Source: Candidatus Shapirobacteria bacterium
GTDB taxonomy: Bacteria > Patescibacteriota > Microgenomatia > UBA12405
Reading direction: 5' to 3'
Assembly: GCA_041674845.1 (NCBI GenBank)
Contig: JBAYUY010000001.1
Coordinates: 235,432 to 299,431 of the forward strand
DNA length: 64,000 bases
Part shown: in pieces, positions 1-9,594 of the stretch
Numbering within the stretch: position 1 is the stretch's first letter
Layout: each line of letters opens with the position of its first letter
The notes under the pieces: generated by a model
Databases searched by the model: none
What the model was told of the DNA's origin: nothing
The model's input: only the letters and a program-made list of their open reading frames with translations
Position numbers and translations under genes: made by a program

Positions 1-2
1 TT

Positions 3-1163
3 CGTGGGGCAATGGGAGAAGTTGTGGCTATAGGTTTTATGCCTTGGGTGATTTATGGTTTTACAAAACAAAAACATTTGTTATCGATATTGTCTTTGAT
101 GATGATATTGATTAGCCATAGTTTTTTGGGAATATTGTTTTTATTTTTTGTGTTGTGTAAATTAATATGGGAGCGTAAATTTGATTTGAAAAGTGTTAGA
201 AACATTTTAATATCCCTTGGATTGAGTTCATTTTTTTTGCTTCCACTAATAATTGAAAATAAATTAATAACATCAGGCTTTACAAACAATTTTACCTTTG
301 ATTATAGACAGCATTTTTTGTATCCAATTCAACTTTTGTACGGTAAATGGGACTATTGGTATTCAAACCCAGGTCCAATTGATGGTATGTCATTTCAAAT
401 TGGATTTGCCAATATTTTGATTGTTTTATCGTCGTTGTTTTCATTTTATTTTTTTAATAAGAAGAGGAATATAGTGTTTCTTTTGTTGTCTGTTTTGTTT
501 GTATTTTTTTTGACTTTAAATTATTCACAATTTGTATGGGAAATATTTTCACCATTGCAGATAGTTCAATTTCCTTGGAGGCTATTGTTTATTCCTACGA
601 TTATATTTCCATTAATATATATTGACTTGGCCGATAAATTTCAAAATAAACACTTGCGCTTGGTGTATTTTTTTTCAATTGGCTTGATTGTTTTGGCATT
701 TGTTAATGTTAGAAATTATCGAAGACCGATGGAGTATATTGGTGCAGATAAATATAGTGAGATGTTTGTGGATGAAAACCAAAAGACGACTACGTCTTTG
801 CGCACTGAAGTGACTCCTCGTTGGTCGTTTATCGCAAAAAATAATGGTGCTCGGGTTATTAATAACAAAGATGGAAGTGAAATTGAAGTGAAAAAAAGTA
901 ATTTGTCGCTTAATTTTGATATTAATACTGATACTGATGTTGTAATTCTAAAAAATTATTTTCCGGGATGGAAATTGATTAATGTATCAACAAATGAAGA
1001 GGTTAAAATATTACCTGATTTGTCTGGAAACATTGTGGCTCATGTGTTACGAGGAAAATATGTATATAAATATTTTCAGACCTCAACTGAAATGTGGGCA
1101 AATTATATTTCTATAATTTCTTTGTTGTGCTTAGTACTGTTACGATTTTTTAAAAAGTTGTAG
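3..1163 (+). CDS. polytopic membrane protein, N-terminus outside window (GT-C / YfhO-like glycosyltransferase architecture suspected)
   Basis: ORF 12..1163 with frame open back to base 3. It has many hydrophobic helices, then a soluble C-terminal domain and a final TM helix. Function is guessed from architecture only. Confidence 0.45.
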   Translation, partial: RGAMGEVVAIGFMPWVIYGFTKQKHLLSILSLMMILISHSFLGILFLFFVLCKLIWERKFDLKSVRNILISLGLSSFFLLPLIIENKLITSGFTNNFTFDYRQHFLYPIQLLYGKWDYWYSNPGPIDGMSFQIGFANILIVLSSLFSFYFFNKKRNIVFLLLSVLFVFFLTLNYSQFVWEIFSPLQIVQFPWRLLFIPTIIFPLIYIDLADKFQNKHLRLVYFFSIGLIVLAFVNVRNYRRPMEYIGADKYSEMFVDENQKTTTSLRTEVTPRWSFIAKNNGARVINNKDGSEIEVKKSNLSLNFDINTDTDVVILKNYFPGWKLINVSTNEEVKILPDLSGNIVAHVLRGKYVYKYFQTSTEMWANYISIISLLCLVLLRFFKKL

Positions 1164-1166
1164 TAA

Positions 1167-1361
1167 TTATTTCTTGACTGATGGTGTTGCAATAGAAATC
1201 GTGGGAATGGGTGAAGGTACACCTAAAGGTGCATTTTCAACATTTTTTAATACATTAAAATCAATCGATTTGTACGAAAGATATCCGGCATACGATAATA
1301 GAATGAAAAAAACTGTGATTAAAAATACTGCAATATAGTCTGTGTTATTTTTATTTTCCAT
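1167..1361 (-). CDS. small membrane-anchored hypothetical protein
   Basis: 64-aa ORF with one TM helix (IAVFLITVFFILLSYAGYL), 3 nt downstream of the preceding same-strand gene. Confidence 0.35.
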   Translation of the reverse strand: MENKNNTDYIAVFLITVFFILLSYAGYLSYKSIDFNVLKNVENAPLGVPSPIPTISIATPSVKK

Positions 1362-1364
1362 GGT

Positions 1365-2693
1365 TTATTGTTTTGTCCTAGTAATAGTGTACACGGTTGG
1401 ATAAGTTAAGAAAATAGTTGGAGATTCTTCTAAAAGTGATTTTTGAAATTCTTGGTATAGACGTTTGCGTTCAATAAAGTCAAAAGTAGATCTCCCGTCC
1501 TCCAGGAGTTTATCAATTTTTGGATTGTTCAACTTGGTTATATTGCTTTTAATTTGAGTTGAATGCCAAAAAACATATTGGTCGGGATCAGTAGGTATTG
1601 ACCCGTAACTAATGATTGCATCAAAATTGTTTGGATCAATTTGTCCGACAGTTAGATTGACTTTTATCTTTAAAATATCCTCCCAATTTTTTTTAATATT
1701 TTCGGCTGTTGTTAGTAAACTTCGATCGCCAACGGATAAATTTATCGATTCGATTTTGTTTTTTTCGAATAACTCACGTGCACGAGTAGGATTGAAACTG
1801 TACTCTTTGACAGTTGGGTTGTATGCCCAAGATGTTGAAGAAATTGGGGATAAACATCGATCGTTTTTGTCGGTACTTTTTGGAGTTGCATATGCCAAGG
1901 CTTGACGAAGTTGTTTGTTATTAAGTATTTGGGTGTTTAAAAATATGGCAGAGTATTTGGTATTTGTTGTTATGTTTTTGGTTATGTTGATGTTCCACCC
2001 TGACTCCAACTCAGACGGATCACTGTTTACTTCAATTTGGTCTACCTCTCCAATTTTGAAGGCACTAAGAAGATCCGATTGATTTTGATAAAACCGATAT
2101 ATTATTTTTTGTTTTTTGGGTGAAATCAAACTGATAAAACTAATGTATCCATCTTGATAATTAATTTTATTGATACTATATTCACCTAGACCAACTAACC
2201 CCTTAATATAAAGCGGTTTGGATAAAATACTCTCGAGTGGTGAAAATAATTTGTCGGTAGTAACTATTAGTGTATCGTTAGCTGGACTTGAAAATGTAAC
2301 TCCAGGAATGACATATTTGATATCACTACTAACTAGTTTCTTCCCATTATGCCATGTTTTGCTGGTATCGATTTTAAAAGTAAAAATGTTCTTTTCTTGG
2401 TTAATAATCATTTCTTTGACAAACGGTGATAGTGTTGGTTTGCCATTTTCAGAAATTTGGGTAAGACCAAAGGAAATTTTTTGAGAAATTGATAGGGGCA
2501 AATTGGTGGTCGTGTACAATCCTTCAATACCAATTTTGGTTACGGGTGTGCTTACTTTTTTGTAAAAAATAATTATCTCTTTTTGGTAGTTTACACCAGC
2601 TATTCCGAGAACCAAACCAAGAAATATATATAAAAAATTTTTTTTAAAATAAAATGAATAGAGTTCTAATTTAAATCGAATTTTGGTAAACAT
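1365..2693 (-). CDS. ABC transporter substrate-binding protein, family 5 (peptide/nickel type)
   Basis: 442 aa with an N-terminal membrane anchor and an SBP_bac_5-like pattern (FTFKIDTSKTWHNGKKLVSSDIKYVI). No permease or ATPase gene is adjacent. Confidence 0.55.
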   Translation of the reverse strand: MFTKIRFKLELYSFYFKKNFLYIFLGLVLGIAGVNYQKEIIIFYKKVSTPVTKIGIEGLYTTTNLPLSISQKISFGLTQISENGKPTLSPFVKEMIINQEKNIFTFKIDTSKTWHNGKKLVSSDIKYVIPGVTFSSPANDTLIVTTDKLFSPLESILSKPLYIKGLVGLGEYSINKINYQDGYISFISLISPKKQKIIYRFYQNQSDLLSAFKIGEVDQIEVNSDPSELESGWNINITKNITTNTKYSAIFLNTQILNNKQLRQALAYATPKSTDKNDRCLSPISSTSWAYNPTVKEYSFNPTRARELFEKNKIESINLSVGDRSLLTTAENIKKNWEDILKIKVNLTVGQIDPNNFDAIISYGSIPTDPDQYVFWHSTQIKSNITKLNNPKIDKLLEDGRSTFDFIERKRLYQEFQKSLLEESPTIFLTYPTVYTITRTKQ

Positions 2694-2905
2694 TAGCTGA
2701 TAAATTGGACGATTGACGAAACAAGAAATAAAAAGGTAATAAAAATTGTCAAATTAAAAATAAATTTTTCCCAACCACGACGTTCACCTGCGGTGTCAGA
2801 AAGAATGTTAGAGTTACTTTCGTTATTGCCTTTGGCTTGGAGAAATATAAGAGCTGATAATACAACCGAGAGAATAATTTGAATAATTGATAGCGTGACT
2901 TTCAT
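2693..2905 (-). CDS. secG: preprotein translocase subunit SecG-like
   Basis: 70 aa with two TM helices separated by a short polar loop, matching typical SecG size and topology. 1-nt overlap with the downstream gene. Confidence 0.5.
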   Translation of the reverse strand: MKVTLSIIQIILSVVLSALIFLQAKGNNESNSNILSDTAGERRGWEKFIFNLTIFITFLFLVSSIVQFIS

Positions 2906-3270
2906 ATAATTTTAAAAATGTAGAGAAATAAACTAATAAAAAATGAGGTACCAAGATAGGCAAAAAATCCTGTTAAGTTCCAACTATATATACTAAATGA
3001 AGATACTGTTAAGACAGGTAGTAGAAAAGTGACAAGATATAGACCTAGTGTGTTTATAACTACCCTGATCAAGCCTAAAGTTAGTATCGTGATGGGAAGT
3101 AATAAAATTTTGACAATTGGTTTTAAAATTAACTCAAAAAAAGCTAAAATAATTGAGGCTTTGACTATTGTGTATATACGATCCGGTCCGAATGCCAAAT
3201 TACCCCAAGTTTCTTGCTGTAGAACAAGAGCAAATCCCAGATATAAAGCATATTTAAAAAACTTTTTCAT
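2902..3270 (-). CDS. DUF360 / phage-holin-4-like inner membrane protein
   Basis: 122 aa with 4 predicted TM helices and a YvlD/DUF360-like pattern (ELILKPIVKILLLPITILTLGL). Confidence 0.45.
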   Translation of the reverse strand: MKKFFKYALYLGFALVLQQETWGNLAFGPDRIYTIVKASIILAFFELILKPIVKILLLPITILTLGLIRVVINTLGLYLVTFLLPVLTVSSFSIYSWNLTGFFAYLGTSFFISLFLYIFKII

Positions 3271-3271
3271 A

Positions 3272-5002
3272 TTATTTGTGTCGTAAGAGTATTATAGCGC
3301 CAAAAGAGAGAATAATTAGGCTGGTAATAATAGTAATGAATAAATTTAAAAAGTGATATGGATTTTGTATATAAATAGTTTTGGTCGTAAAGTCGGATGA
3401 CGCAATCGTTATGGGAATTTTTTGGTTTTGAGGCCAGAGAGATTTGATAAATGCTGTTTTGGGAAATTTAATATTTGTTGTTGCGAGTGGCAAAAGGTTT
3501 GTTGGAGGACTGTTTTGCACAGACAAATTATCAAGGGAAAAAAGATTGGGATTGTTAACAACTAAATAACTTTGGGAAAATGGATTAAATTTTACTGAAA
3601 TATTGGGAATAACCGGTTTCGCAAATAACTCATTGTCAGCAAAATTAATATCAACACTTTTTATATTAGAATCAGATTTGTATGATCCTGGTGGTGGTGG
3701 TGAGTCTGATTGTTGGTTGTGAATGACAAATGAAAAATGGTTTAAATCTAGGTCATCAAAATAATTTATTCCTCCTGTGGTGTTACCCCAAGTTGGGTCT
3801 ATAGGGATCCATTTTTGTGATTTTGTATCAAAATATTCTGGCCAGGCATGGAGGATGTCAGTTCCAATTGAAAGCGGTTTGATGGTGGCGTTGTTAGAAT
3901 AAGCATAACCTTCTATTTCTCGAGCACCGATACCTGCCGCTCTTGCTATGCTGACAAAAAGATCGGTAAAATCAGTACATAATGATGTTTCGGGGCTGGA
4001 TAGGGCTGCCAATGCTCCTCTGCGAGCGGAGTTGTTAACTCGTTTGTAATCATACTTTAGCGTGGAAATAACATAATCATAAATTTGTTTTGGAGTGGTA
4101 TATATCTTGGCTAATTTTTGTATTTCTAAATTGTCGACAGGCCAATATAATTGACTAGATAAATTTGGTTTACTTTGAAATTTATAATTATGATTTTGAC
4201 CTATTTTTGCTTGGCCTGACGCAGTAATGTTGATATTTGATTGGGGATCTAAAGTGTAAAATGCAAGAAGATTTCCGTCTATATCGTTTTCGATTTTTTG
4301 AGGACTTGGATCAATTTGGTTGAAAATTATTTTTTGAGTTGATGTGTCAGGAGGTATGGGAATAGTAAATATACCCTTTTTGTCGGATGAATTTTGAAGG
4401 TGGTAGTTTAAATTAAAGTCAAAAAGCTGATACTCACCAAAGGTTAAAATTAGTTTATTGGTTTGATTAAATTTTGTAAATTCAATAGTGGTGTTTTGCG
4501 AGTCAGTTGAAATTGTGGCTCCTAGTGGTGATGATGATAATTTACCAAATGAAATTGGAATCTTTAGATTTATATTAATATTGTCGCTGAGATTGTCTTG
4601 AAACTGAGGTATGCTTATTTCCCACGTTTTGCCCTTTTTTTTGACTAAACCGTTGCTGCGATAGCGAATTTTGAATGTTGTATTTTGATCTTTTCCAACC
4701 TTTGGATTAATTAATTTTAATGATATTTTTATTTCATTGTTGTTTTGGGTTGTGATGATGGGAATAATACCTGCTGTGTCGAATGCTTGAATGTCGGTAG
4801 CACTAGATTCAGTGAGTGAAAGACTATATTCTGTGGGATAAAATTGAGAAAAATTGTTAATAATACTAATCTGATGTTCTACTTGGGCATTACTCTCCTC
4901 GGAAAACTGATAACTAATTTCTTGGCTGGTTTTAAATTCATTTATTGCCCTAGAATAGGTAGTGTTTAATAATAAAAATAATATGGCTAAAGAAATAATC
5001 AT
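3272..5002 (-). CDS. transglutaminase-like domain protein (N- and C-terminal membrane anchors)
   Basis: 576 aa. Transglutaminase core motifs are visible: LCTDFTDLFVSIARAAGIGAREIEGYAY ... HAWPEY ... WIPIDPTW (Cys-His-Asp triad context). Confidence 0.7.
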   Translation of the reverse strand: MIISLAILFLLLNTTYSRAINEFKTSQEISYQFSEESNAQVEHQISIINNFSQFYPTEYSLSLTESSATDIQAFDTAGIIPIITTQNNNEIKISLKLINPKVGKDQNTTFKIRYRSNGLVKKKGKTWEISIPQFQDNLSDNININLKIPISFGKLSSSPLGATISTDSQNTTIEFTKFNQTNKLILTFGEYQLFDFNLNYHLQNSSDKKGIFTIPIPPDTSTQKIIFNQIDPSPQKIENDIDGNLLAFYTLDPQSNINITASGQAKIGQNHNYKFQSKPNLSSQLYWPVDNLEIQKLAKIYTTPKQIYDYVISTLKYDYKRVNNSARRGALAALSSPETSLCTDFTDLFVSIARAAGIGAREIEGYAYSNNATIKPLSIGTDILHAWPEYFDTKSQKWIPIDPTWGNTTGGINYFDDLDLNHFSFVIHNQQSDSPPPPGSYKSDSNIKSVDINFADNELFAKPVIPNISVKFNPFSQSYLVVNNPNLFSLDNLSVQNSPPTNLLPLATTNIKFPKTAFIKSLWPQNQKIPITIASSDFTTKTIYIQNPYHFLNLFITIITSLIILSFGAIILLRHK

Positions 5003-5027
5003 TGTTAAATAGTATCACATTTGGTTA

Positions 5028-5055
5028 TTGACTTCGGGTAATGTTTGGATAGAAT
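5028..5055 (+). promoter_or_regulatory. sigma70-like promoter of lexA, probably giving a leaderless mRNA
   Basis: TTGACT (5028-5033), 16-nt spacer, TAGAAT (5050-5055). The ATG is at 5062, only 6 nt after the -10, and there is no Shine-Dalgarno. Confidence 0.45.
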
Positions 5056-5061
5056 AAATAT

Positions 5062-5676
5062 ATGGTAGCAATAATATACAAAAGACAAAAAGAAATTTTG
5101 GAGTTAATTATAAAATCAATTAGCAAATATGGCTATGCACCGACTTTGACGGAAATTGCTGACAAACTCAATTTGTCTTCGTTGGCAACTGTGCATGAAC
5201 ATTTGGCAACGTTGGAAAAAAAGGGTTTTATCCGACGATATCGTGGTGCTGTTCGGGGTATTGAAGTCCTTGACCAAGATAATGGTAATCGTAATAGTGT
5301 GGAACTGCCTATTTTAGGATTTATAGCTTGTGGATCTCCTTTGGAACCATATACTGACCCAAATGCGACACTGGCTGTATCAGCAGGACTGGTTAAAGCT
5401 GGTGATAAATCTTTTGTTTTACAGGCCAAAGGTGATTCGATGATAGACGATGGAATTTTGAGTGGTGATTTTGTAGTGGTGAAAGAACAGCAAGAGGCAC
5501 ACAACGGTGATATTGTGGTGGCGGTATTAAAAAATGGTTTTGCAACTTTAAAGCGTTACTACCAAGAAATTGATAGAATTAGATTGCAACCGGCCAATTC
5601 AACTATGTCGCCAATGTATGTGACTGATGTTCAAATACGGGGAAAGGTGGTGGCTGTTATTAGACAATTTGCATAA
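5062..5676 (+). CDS. lexA: LexA repressor (S24 peptidase)
   Basis: 204 aa with an N-terminal winged-helix LexA DNA-binding domain and a C-terminal S24 autopeptidase with the Ser (AKGDSMIDDGI) and Lys (LKR) motifs. Confidence 0.85.
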   Translation: MVAIIYKRQKEILELIIKSISKYGYAPTLTEIADKLNLSSLATVHEHLATLEKKGFIRRYRGAVRGIEVLDQDNGNRNSVELPILGFIACGSPLEPYTDPNATLAVSAGLVKAGDKSFVLQAKGDSMIDDGILSGDFVVVKEQQEAHNGDIVVAVLKNGFATLKRYYQEIDRIRLQPANSTMSPMYVTDVQIRGKVVAVIRQFA

Positions 5677-5678
5677 CG

Positions 5679-6317
5679 ATGCTATATATTATTTCGACAC
5701 CAATTGGGAATTTAAAAGACATTACTTTGCGAGCGGTTGAAACACTGGGAAAATTAGACATACTGTTATGTGAAGATACGAGGAAAACAGGATTTTTGTT
5801 GAGTGAACTAAAAATAGAGAATAAACCAAAACTATTATCGTTTTATGATGAAGTCGAAGCTCAAAAAATTCCTGAGGTAATCAAAATGTTACAAGATAAT
5901 ATGGATGTTGGATTGGTGACTGATGCTGGAACTCCCCTACTGTCTGATCCTGGTTGGTTGCTTGTCAAAAAATGCCGAGAATTGGGGATAAGCTATACGG
6001 CATTACCCGGGGCATGTGCGGCTATTAATGCTGTTGTTTTGTCGGGTTTGCCAATACAAAGGTTTTCGTTTTTGGGTTTTATGCCAAAAAAAGAGGGGGA
6101 TATCAAAAAAATATTGTTAAAATATAAGGATTTTGAAGGAGTTAAAGTTTTGTATGAATCCCCTATTCGAGTAGAAAAAACTTTTAAATTAATCAAAGAA
6201 ATTTGTGGAGAAGATACAGAAATTCGAATTATACGGGAAATGACAAAGAAGTTTGAAGAGGTGTTGATCAGCGTCAGCGCTAACACTAGGGGTGAAGTGG
6301 TAATTTTGTGGAATTGA
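5679..6317 (+). CDS. rsmI: 16S rRNA (cytidine1402-2'-O)-methyltransferase RsmI
   Basis: 212 aa with a tetrapyrrole-methylase-fold N-terminus (LYIISTPIGNLKDITLRAVETL..DILLCEDTR). Confidence 0.75.
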   Translation: MLYIISTPIGNLKDITLRAVETLGKLDILLCEDTRKTGFLLSELKIENKPKLLSFYDEVEAQKIPEVIKMLQDNMDVGLVTDAGTPLLSDPGWLLVKKCRELGISYTALPGACAAINAVVLSGLPIQRFSFLGFMPKKEGDIKKILLKYKDFEGVKVLYESPIRVEKTFKLIKEICGEDTEIRIIREMTKKFEEVLISVSANTRGEVVILWN

Positions 6318-6333
6318 TGATATTATATAGGAT

Positions 6334-6675
6334 ATGATAAATGTCAACATTGCTAGATGGAATGGCGAAAGGTGGAAAATTGTACGTAAAATCGTAGATA
6401 ATAATAATCCTGTGTTTTATAATAGGAGTAATTTGGGTAATATGTTGGGTGGTGATGTTGTACCAATAGCTTTTGAAAGTGTTATAGATTCACCTGAAGG
6501 TATTACTGTTAGAGCTAAAAACGGGTTGACACTTGATTTTGAAGCTACTGATTTAAGTTTTGTTGGATCAATAACTGACAAACCTTTGTTTGTCCGAAAG
6601 TCTGTAGTTATCCCTTTTAAAACAGAAATTAAAAAAAATGGCGATTTGGGTTTGCGATTTAGTTTTAAAAAATAA
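6334..6675 (+). CDS. small hypothetical protein (first of tandem trio)
   Basis: 113-aa ORF, beta-rich by composition, with no recognisable motif. Confidence 0.45.
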   Translation: MINVNIARWNGERWKIVRKIVDNNNPVFYNRSNLGNMLGGDVVPIAFESVIDSPEGITVRAKNGLTLDFEATDLSFVGSITDKPLFVRKSVVIPFKTEIKKNGDLGLRFSFKK

Positions 6676-6690
6676 TTGTTAATATAAGAT

Positions 6691-6996
6691 ATGACAACTA
6701 AAGTTGATACTGTAACCTCAGGTTTTGATTGTTGGGTTATGATTAGTGGTTCTCAAAAAGTATTTTCTGGTGGTTCGAGAACAATTGAAGGTGTTGGGGT
6801 TGTTACAGATACTGAAACTTGTTCTAGGGTGGTGTTTGATAATAAGGATGTTTGGATGTGTGTTGGTAATGGAAGTCCAACTCGTGTTAACGCGAATAGT
6901 ATTGATGTATCTGGCGAGGTAGTGTTTATGAAAAATTCCAAAAGAAATGTTGGTTCAAATGGCACTAGAGTTAGTTTTGTAAAACGAATGATATAA
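6691..6996 (+). CDS. small hypothetical protein (second of trio; Gly/Val/Ser-rich)
   Basis: 101-aa ORF, 15 nt after the previous gene. Confidence 0.45.
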   Translation: MTTKVDTVTSGFDCWVMISGSQKVFSGGSRTIEGVGVVTDTETCSRVVFDNKDVWMCVGNGSPTRVNANSIDVSGEVVFMKNSKRNVGSNGTRVSFVKRMI

Positions 6997-7004
6997 TTTG
7001 ATTT

Positions 7005-7325
7005 ATGTCGTCAGTATCAGTTGTAAAAAAATCAGGTGAAATATTTGTTGAAGTTAAAGGCTGTTGTTTTGATTTAAAAGATAAAACAGATCGGATTGAT
7101 TTACTTAGATTATTATCGCCAAATCATGTAGTTTTACCGGGACTCGATAAAATTGTAGTTGAAGAGGGAAATACTTATGTTTTGGCAAATAGTGATTTAC
7201 CTATTGTGACTTTAGGTGGTGAGGGGATGATTAGTAGTCGAAAACCCTTTCATGTCACTGACTCAATTGTAATTGCCCCTGCAAATTTGGCTAATGGCGA
7301 TTTAGCAATGAGAGTCAGAGCATAA
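7005..7325 (+). CDS. small hypothetical protein (third of trio)
   Basis: 106-aa ORF, 8 nt after the previous gene. Confidence 0.45.
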   Translation: MSSVSVVKKSGEIFVEVKGCCFDLKDKTDRIDLLRLLSPNHVVLPGLDKIVVEEGNTYVLANSDLPIVTLGGEGMISSRKPFHVTDSIVIAPANLANGDLAMRVRA

Positions 7326-7329
7326 TTTT

Positions 7330-9594
7330 TTATTTGTGATTGATCTTGCGGTTTTCGGCCCAATGGATGATTTCACGAGTGTGATCAATAGCATCGGGTG
7401 AAACAGAAATAGATGTGATCCCCCATTTGACTAATTTTTCGACTAAATCGGGATGGTTGCTAGGTGCTTGACCACAAATGCCAACCATTATTCCACGTTT
7501 TTTTGCCTTAGTTACCAATCTTTTTAAACTCCATAAAACTGCTGGATCCATTTCATTAAAATCACGTGCTACTTCAGAATTATCACGATCGAGACCAAGT
7601 GTTAACATGGTTAAATCGTTGCTGCCAATGGAAATACCATCAATACCAACGTCAATAAATTTGTCCAAGAGTATTACATTACTGGGAATTTCGGCCATCA
7701 TAAAAAGTTTAAATGATGGGCTTCGTAGTAATCCCGCTCCGGCAATAATTTTTTTGATTTCAAAAAGTTCTCGAGGTGTACGGCAAAAAGGTATCATAAG
7801 CCATAAGTTTTTTAGGCTAAATTTGTTTCGTACTATTTTGATGGCCTCTAATTCCATTTGAAAAACTTCGGGAGAATATATATATCGTCCTGCTCCTCGA
7901 AACCCTAACATGGGATTTGATTCTTCTGGTTCATATAATTTTCCGAAGCTGAGTGATCGGTATTCGTTGGTTTTGAAATCGGAAGCTCGGTATATTACAG
8001 GGCGAGGATTAAAGTTTTTGCAGAATTCAGTGATACCTATGGCTAATTTGTTGATGTATTCTTTTTGTCTATTTTCGGCAATTATGCGTTTGGGATGCAC
8101 TCCAATGTTGGCCATCATAAATTCAGCCCGAAGAAGACCGATACCATCAACATTTTTTTTGCTAATTGTTTTTGACAATTCTGGTTCACCTAAATTTACA
8201 TATAATTTGGTGGCAGTTTTGATATTAATTTTTATTGTTGGTTTGTTTATTTCTGTGGGAAGGTTGGTCAAAAGATTACCAGACCAAATACGTCCAGTAG
8301 AACCATCAATAGTGACAATGTCACCTTCTTTAATACGAGATGTGGCCGTTTTGGTACCAACAACACAGGCAACTCCTAATTCACGAGAGACTATTGCGGC
8401 ATGAGAAGTTTGACCTCCTTTGTCAGTAATTATGCCAGCAACTTTTTTCATGGCTGGAACAAAATCGGGGGTAGTCATATCGATAACCATTATTTGTCCA
8501 CTTTTGACACGATTTATTTCTTTTTCATTTTTAATTAATATGGCAGGGCCTGAAGCAAAACCTGGGCTAGCTGCTTCACCTTGTAGTATTGGGATATCGG
8601 TTATTTCAAATTTTTTGGTTGCAGCATTGCTTAATGTTGTAATTGGTCGAGTTTGTACTATATAAAATTTATCCTTTTCTATAGCAAATTCTATATCTTG
8701 AGGTTTACCATAATGATTGTGTAATTTTTGACCAATTTTGGCAATTTTTAGAGCTGTAACATCATTGATTTTTATTTTATTTTGTTTGTATTTTGGGACG
8801 GCTACTTCGGCCGTCTCATTAACATCTTTGATTAATTGACGGTCTTGAGAGACATTATTTTTTTGTTTAATGGTCCAATTTGACTTGTCGATAATAAATT
8901 GATCTGGAGTAACAACTCCTTGAACAATGTATTCACCTAGTCCCCAGATAGTTTCAATGATAATTTCGTTTTTATTATTTGAAACAGGATTGGCAGTAAA
9001 CATTATTCCTGAAATTTCACTTTGAACCATTTTTTGGACTGGGACAGCGACACCGACTTTGAAATGGTCATATTTCTTTTTGACTCGATAAAAAATTGAT
9101 CGAGGAGTGAATAGTGACGCCCAGCAATCACGAACACGATGTAATACGTTGCTTTCACCTATTACATTGAGAAATGTGTCTTGTTGTCCGGCAAAGGAGG
9201 CGTCAAGACTATCTTCGGCGGTTGCTGACGATCGAACAGCAACAGGCGCATCTTTTAGTCCGGCAAAAGATCCTAATTTTTTGTAGGCAGTCATTATTTG
9301 GATACCAACATCATGAGTAAATTCAGACTTTTTGATTAATTCACGAATTTTTTTGCTGGCTGATTGAAGTTCGTCGGGGTGATCGACATTGGTAATGCTC
9401 AATATGTTTTTAATTTGGGGTTTTAATTTATTTGTTTCAATAAAATCAAAATAGGTTTCTGCTGTTACAACAAAACCGTTTGGAACAGGGATGCCCATAC
9501 TATACATTTCTCCTAAATTTGCTCCTTTTCCTCCGACTATATTTACATCTTCAAAACGAATATCTTTAAACCAGAGCAAACAACTTTTCTTCAT
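7330..9594 (-). CDS. ppsA: phosphoenolpyruvate synthase (pyruvate, water dikinase)
   Basis: 754 aa. Three parts are visible: a PPDK N-terminal ATP-grasp region (VGGKGANLGEM), a mobile His domain (GGQTSHAAIVSRELG) and a C-terminal PEP-utilising TIM barrel (GSNDLTM). Confidence 0.9.
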   Translation of the reverse strand: MKKSCLLWFKDIRFEDVNIVGGKGANLGEMYSMGIPVPNGFVVTAETYFDFIETNKLKPQIKNILSITNVDHPDELQSASKKIRELIKKSEFTHDVGIQIMTAYKKLGSFAGLKDAPVAVRSSATAEDSLDASFAGQQDTFLNVIGESNVLHRVRDCWASLFTPRSIFYRVKKKYDHFKVGVAVPVQKMVQSEISGIMFTANPVSNNKNEIIIETIWGLGEYIVQGVVTPDQFIIDKSNWTIKQKNNVSQDRQLIKDVNETAEVAVPKYKQNKIKINDVTALKIAKIGQKLHNHYGKPQDIEFAIEKDKFYIVQTRPITTLSNAATKKFEITDIPILQGEAASPGFASGPAILIKNEKEINRVKSGQIMVIDMTTPDFVPAMKKVAGIITDKGGQTSHAAIVSRELGVACVVGTKTATSRIKEGDIVTIDGSTGRIWSGNLLTNLPTEINKPTIKINIKTATKLYVNLGEPELSKTISKKNVDGIGLLRAEFMMANIGVHPKRIIAENRQKEYINKLAIGITEFCKNFNPRPVIYRASDFKTNEYRSLSFGKLYEPEESNPMLGFRGAGRYIYSPEVFQMELEAIKIVRNKFSLKNLWLMIPFCRTPRELFEIKKIIAGAGLLRSPSFKLFMMAEIPSNVILLDKFIDVGIDGISIGSNDLTMLTLGLDRDNSEVARDFNEMDPAVLWSLKRLVTKAKKRGIMVGICGQAPSNHPDLVEKLVKWGITSISVSPDAIDHTREIIHWAENRKINHK

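Noticed and set aside
5003-5061. SOS box upstream of lexA.
   Set aside because: I could find no palindrome of the known LexA-box types (CTGT-N8-ACAG, GAAC-N4-GTTC). The operator of this lineage may differ, so no call is made.
7478-8665. ORFs of 81-164 aa antisense to ppsA. The same pattern occurs inside dnaE at 19998-21969, ftsZ at 53293-54018, ileS at 50093-51098, ftsA, ftsW, and the lipase gene at 32855-33871.
   Set aside because: They lie entirely within long, motif-rich genes on the opposite strand and have low-complexity translations. They are typical shadow ORFs.
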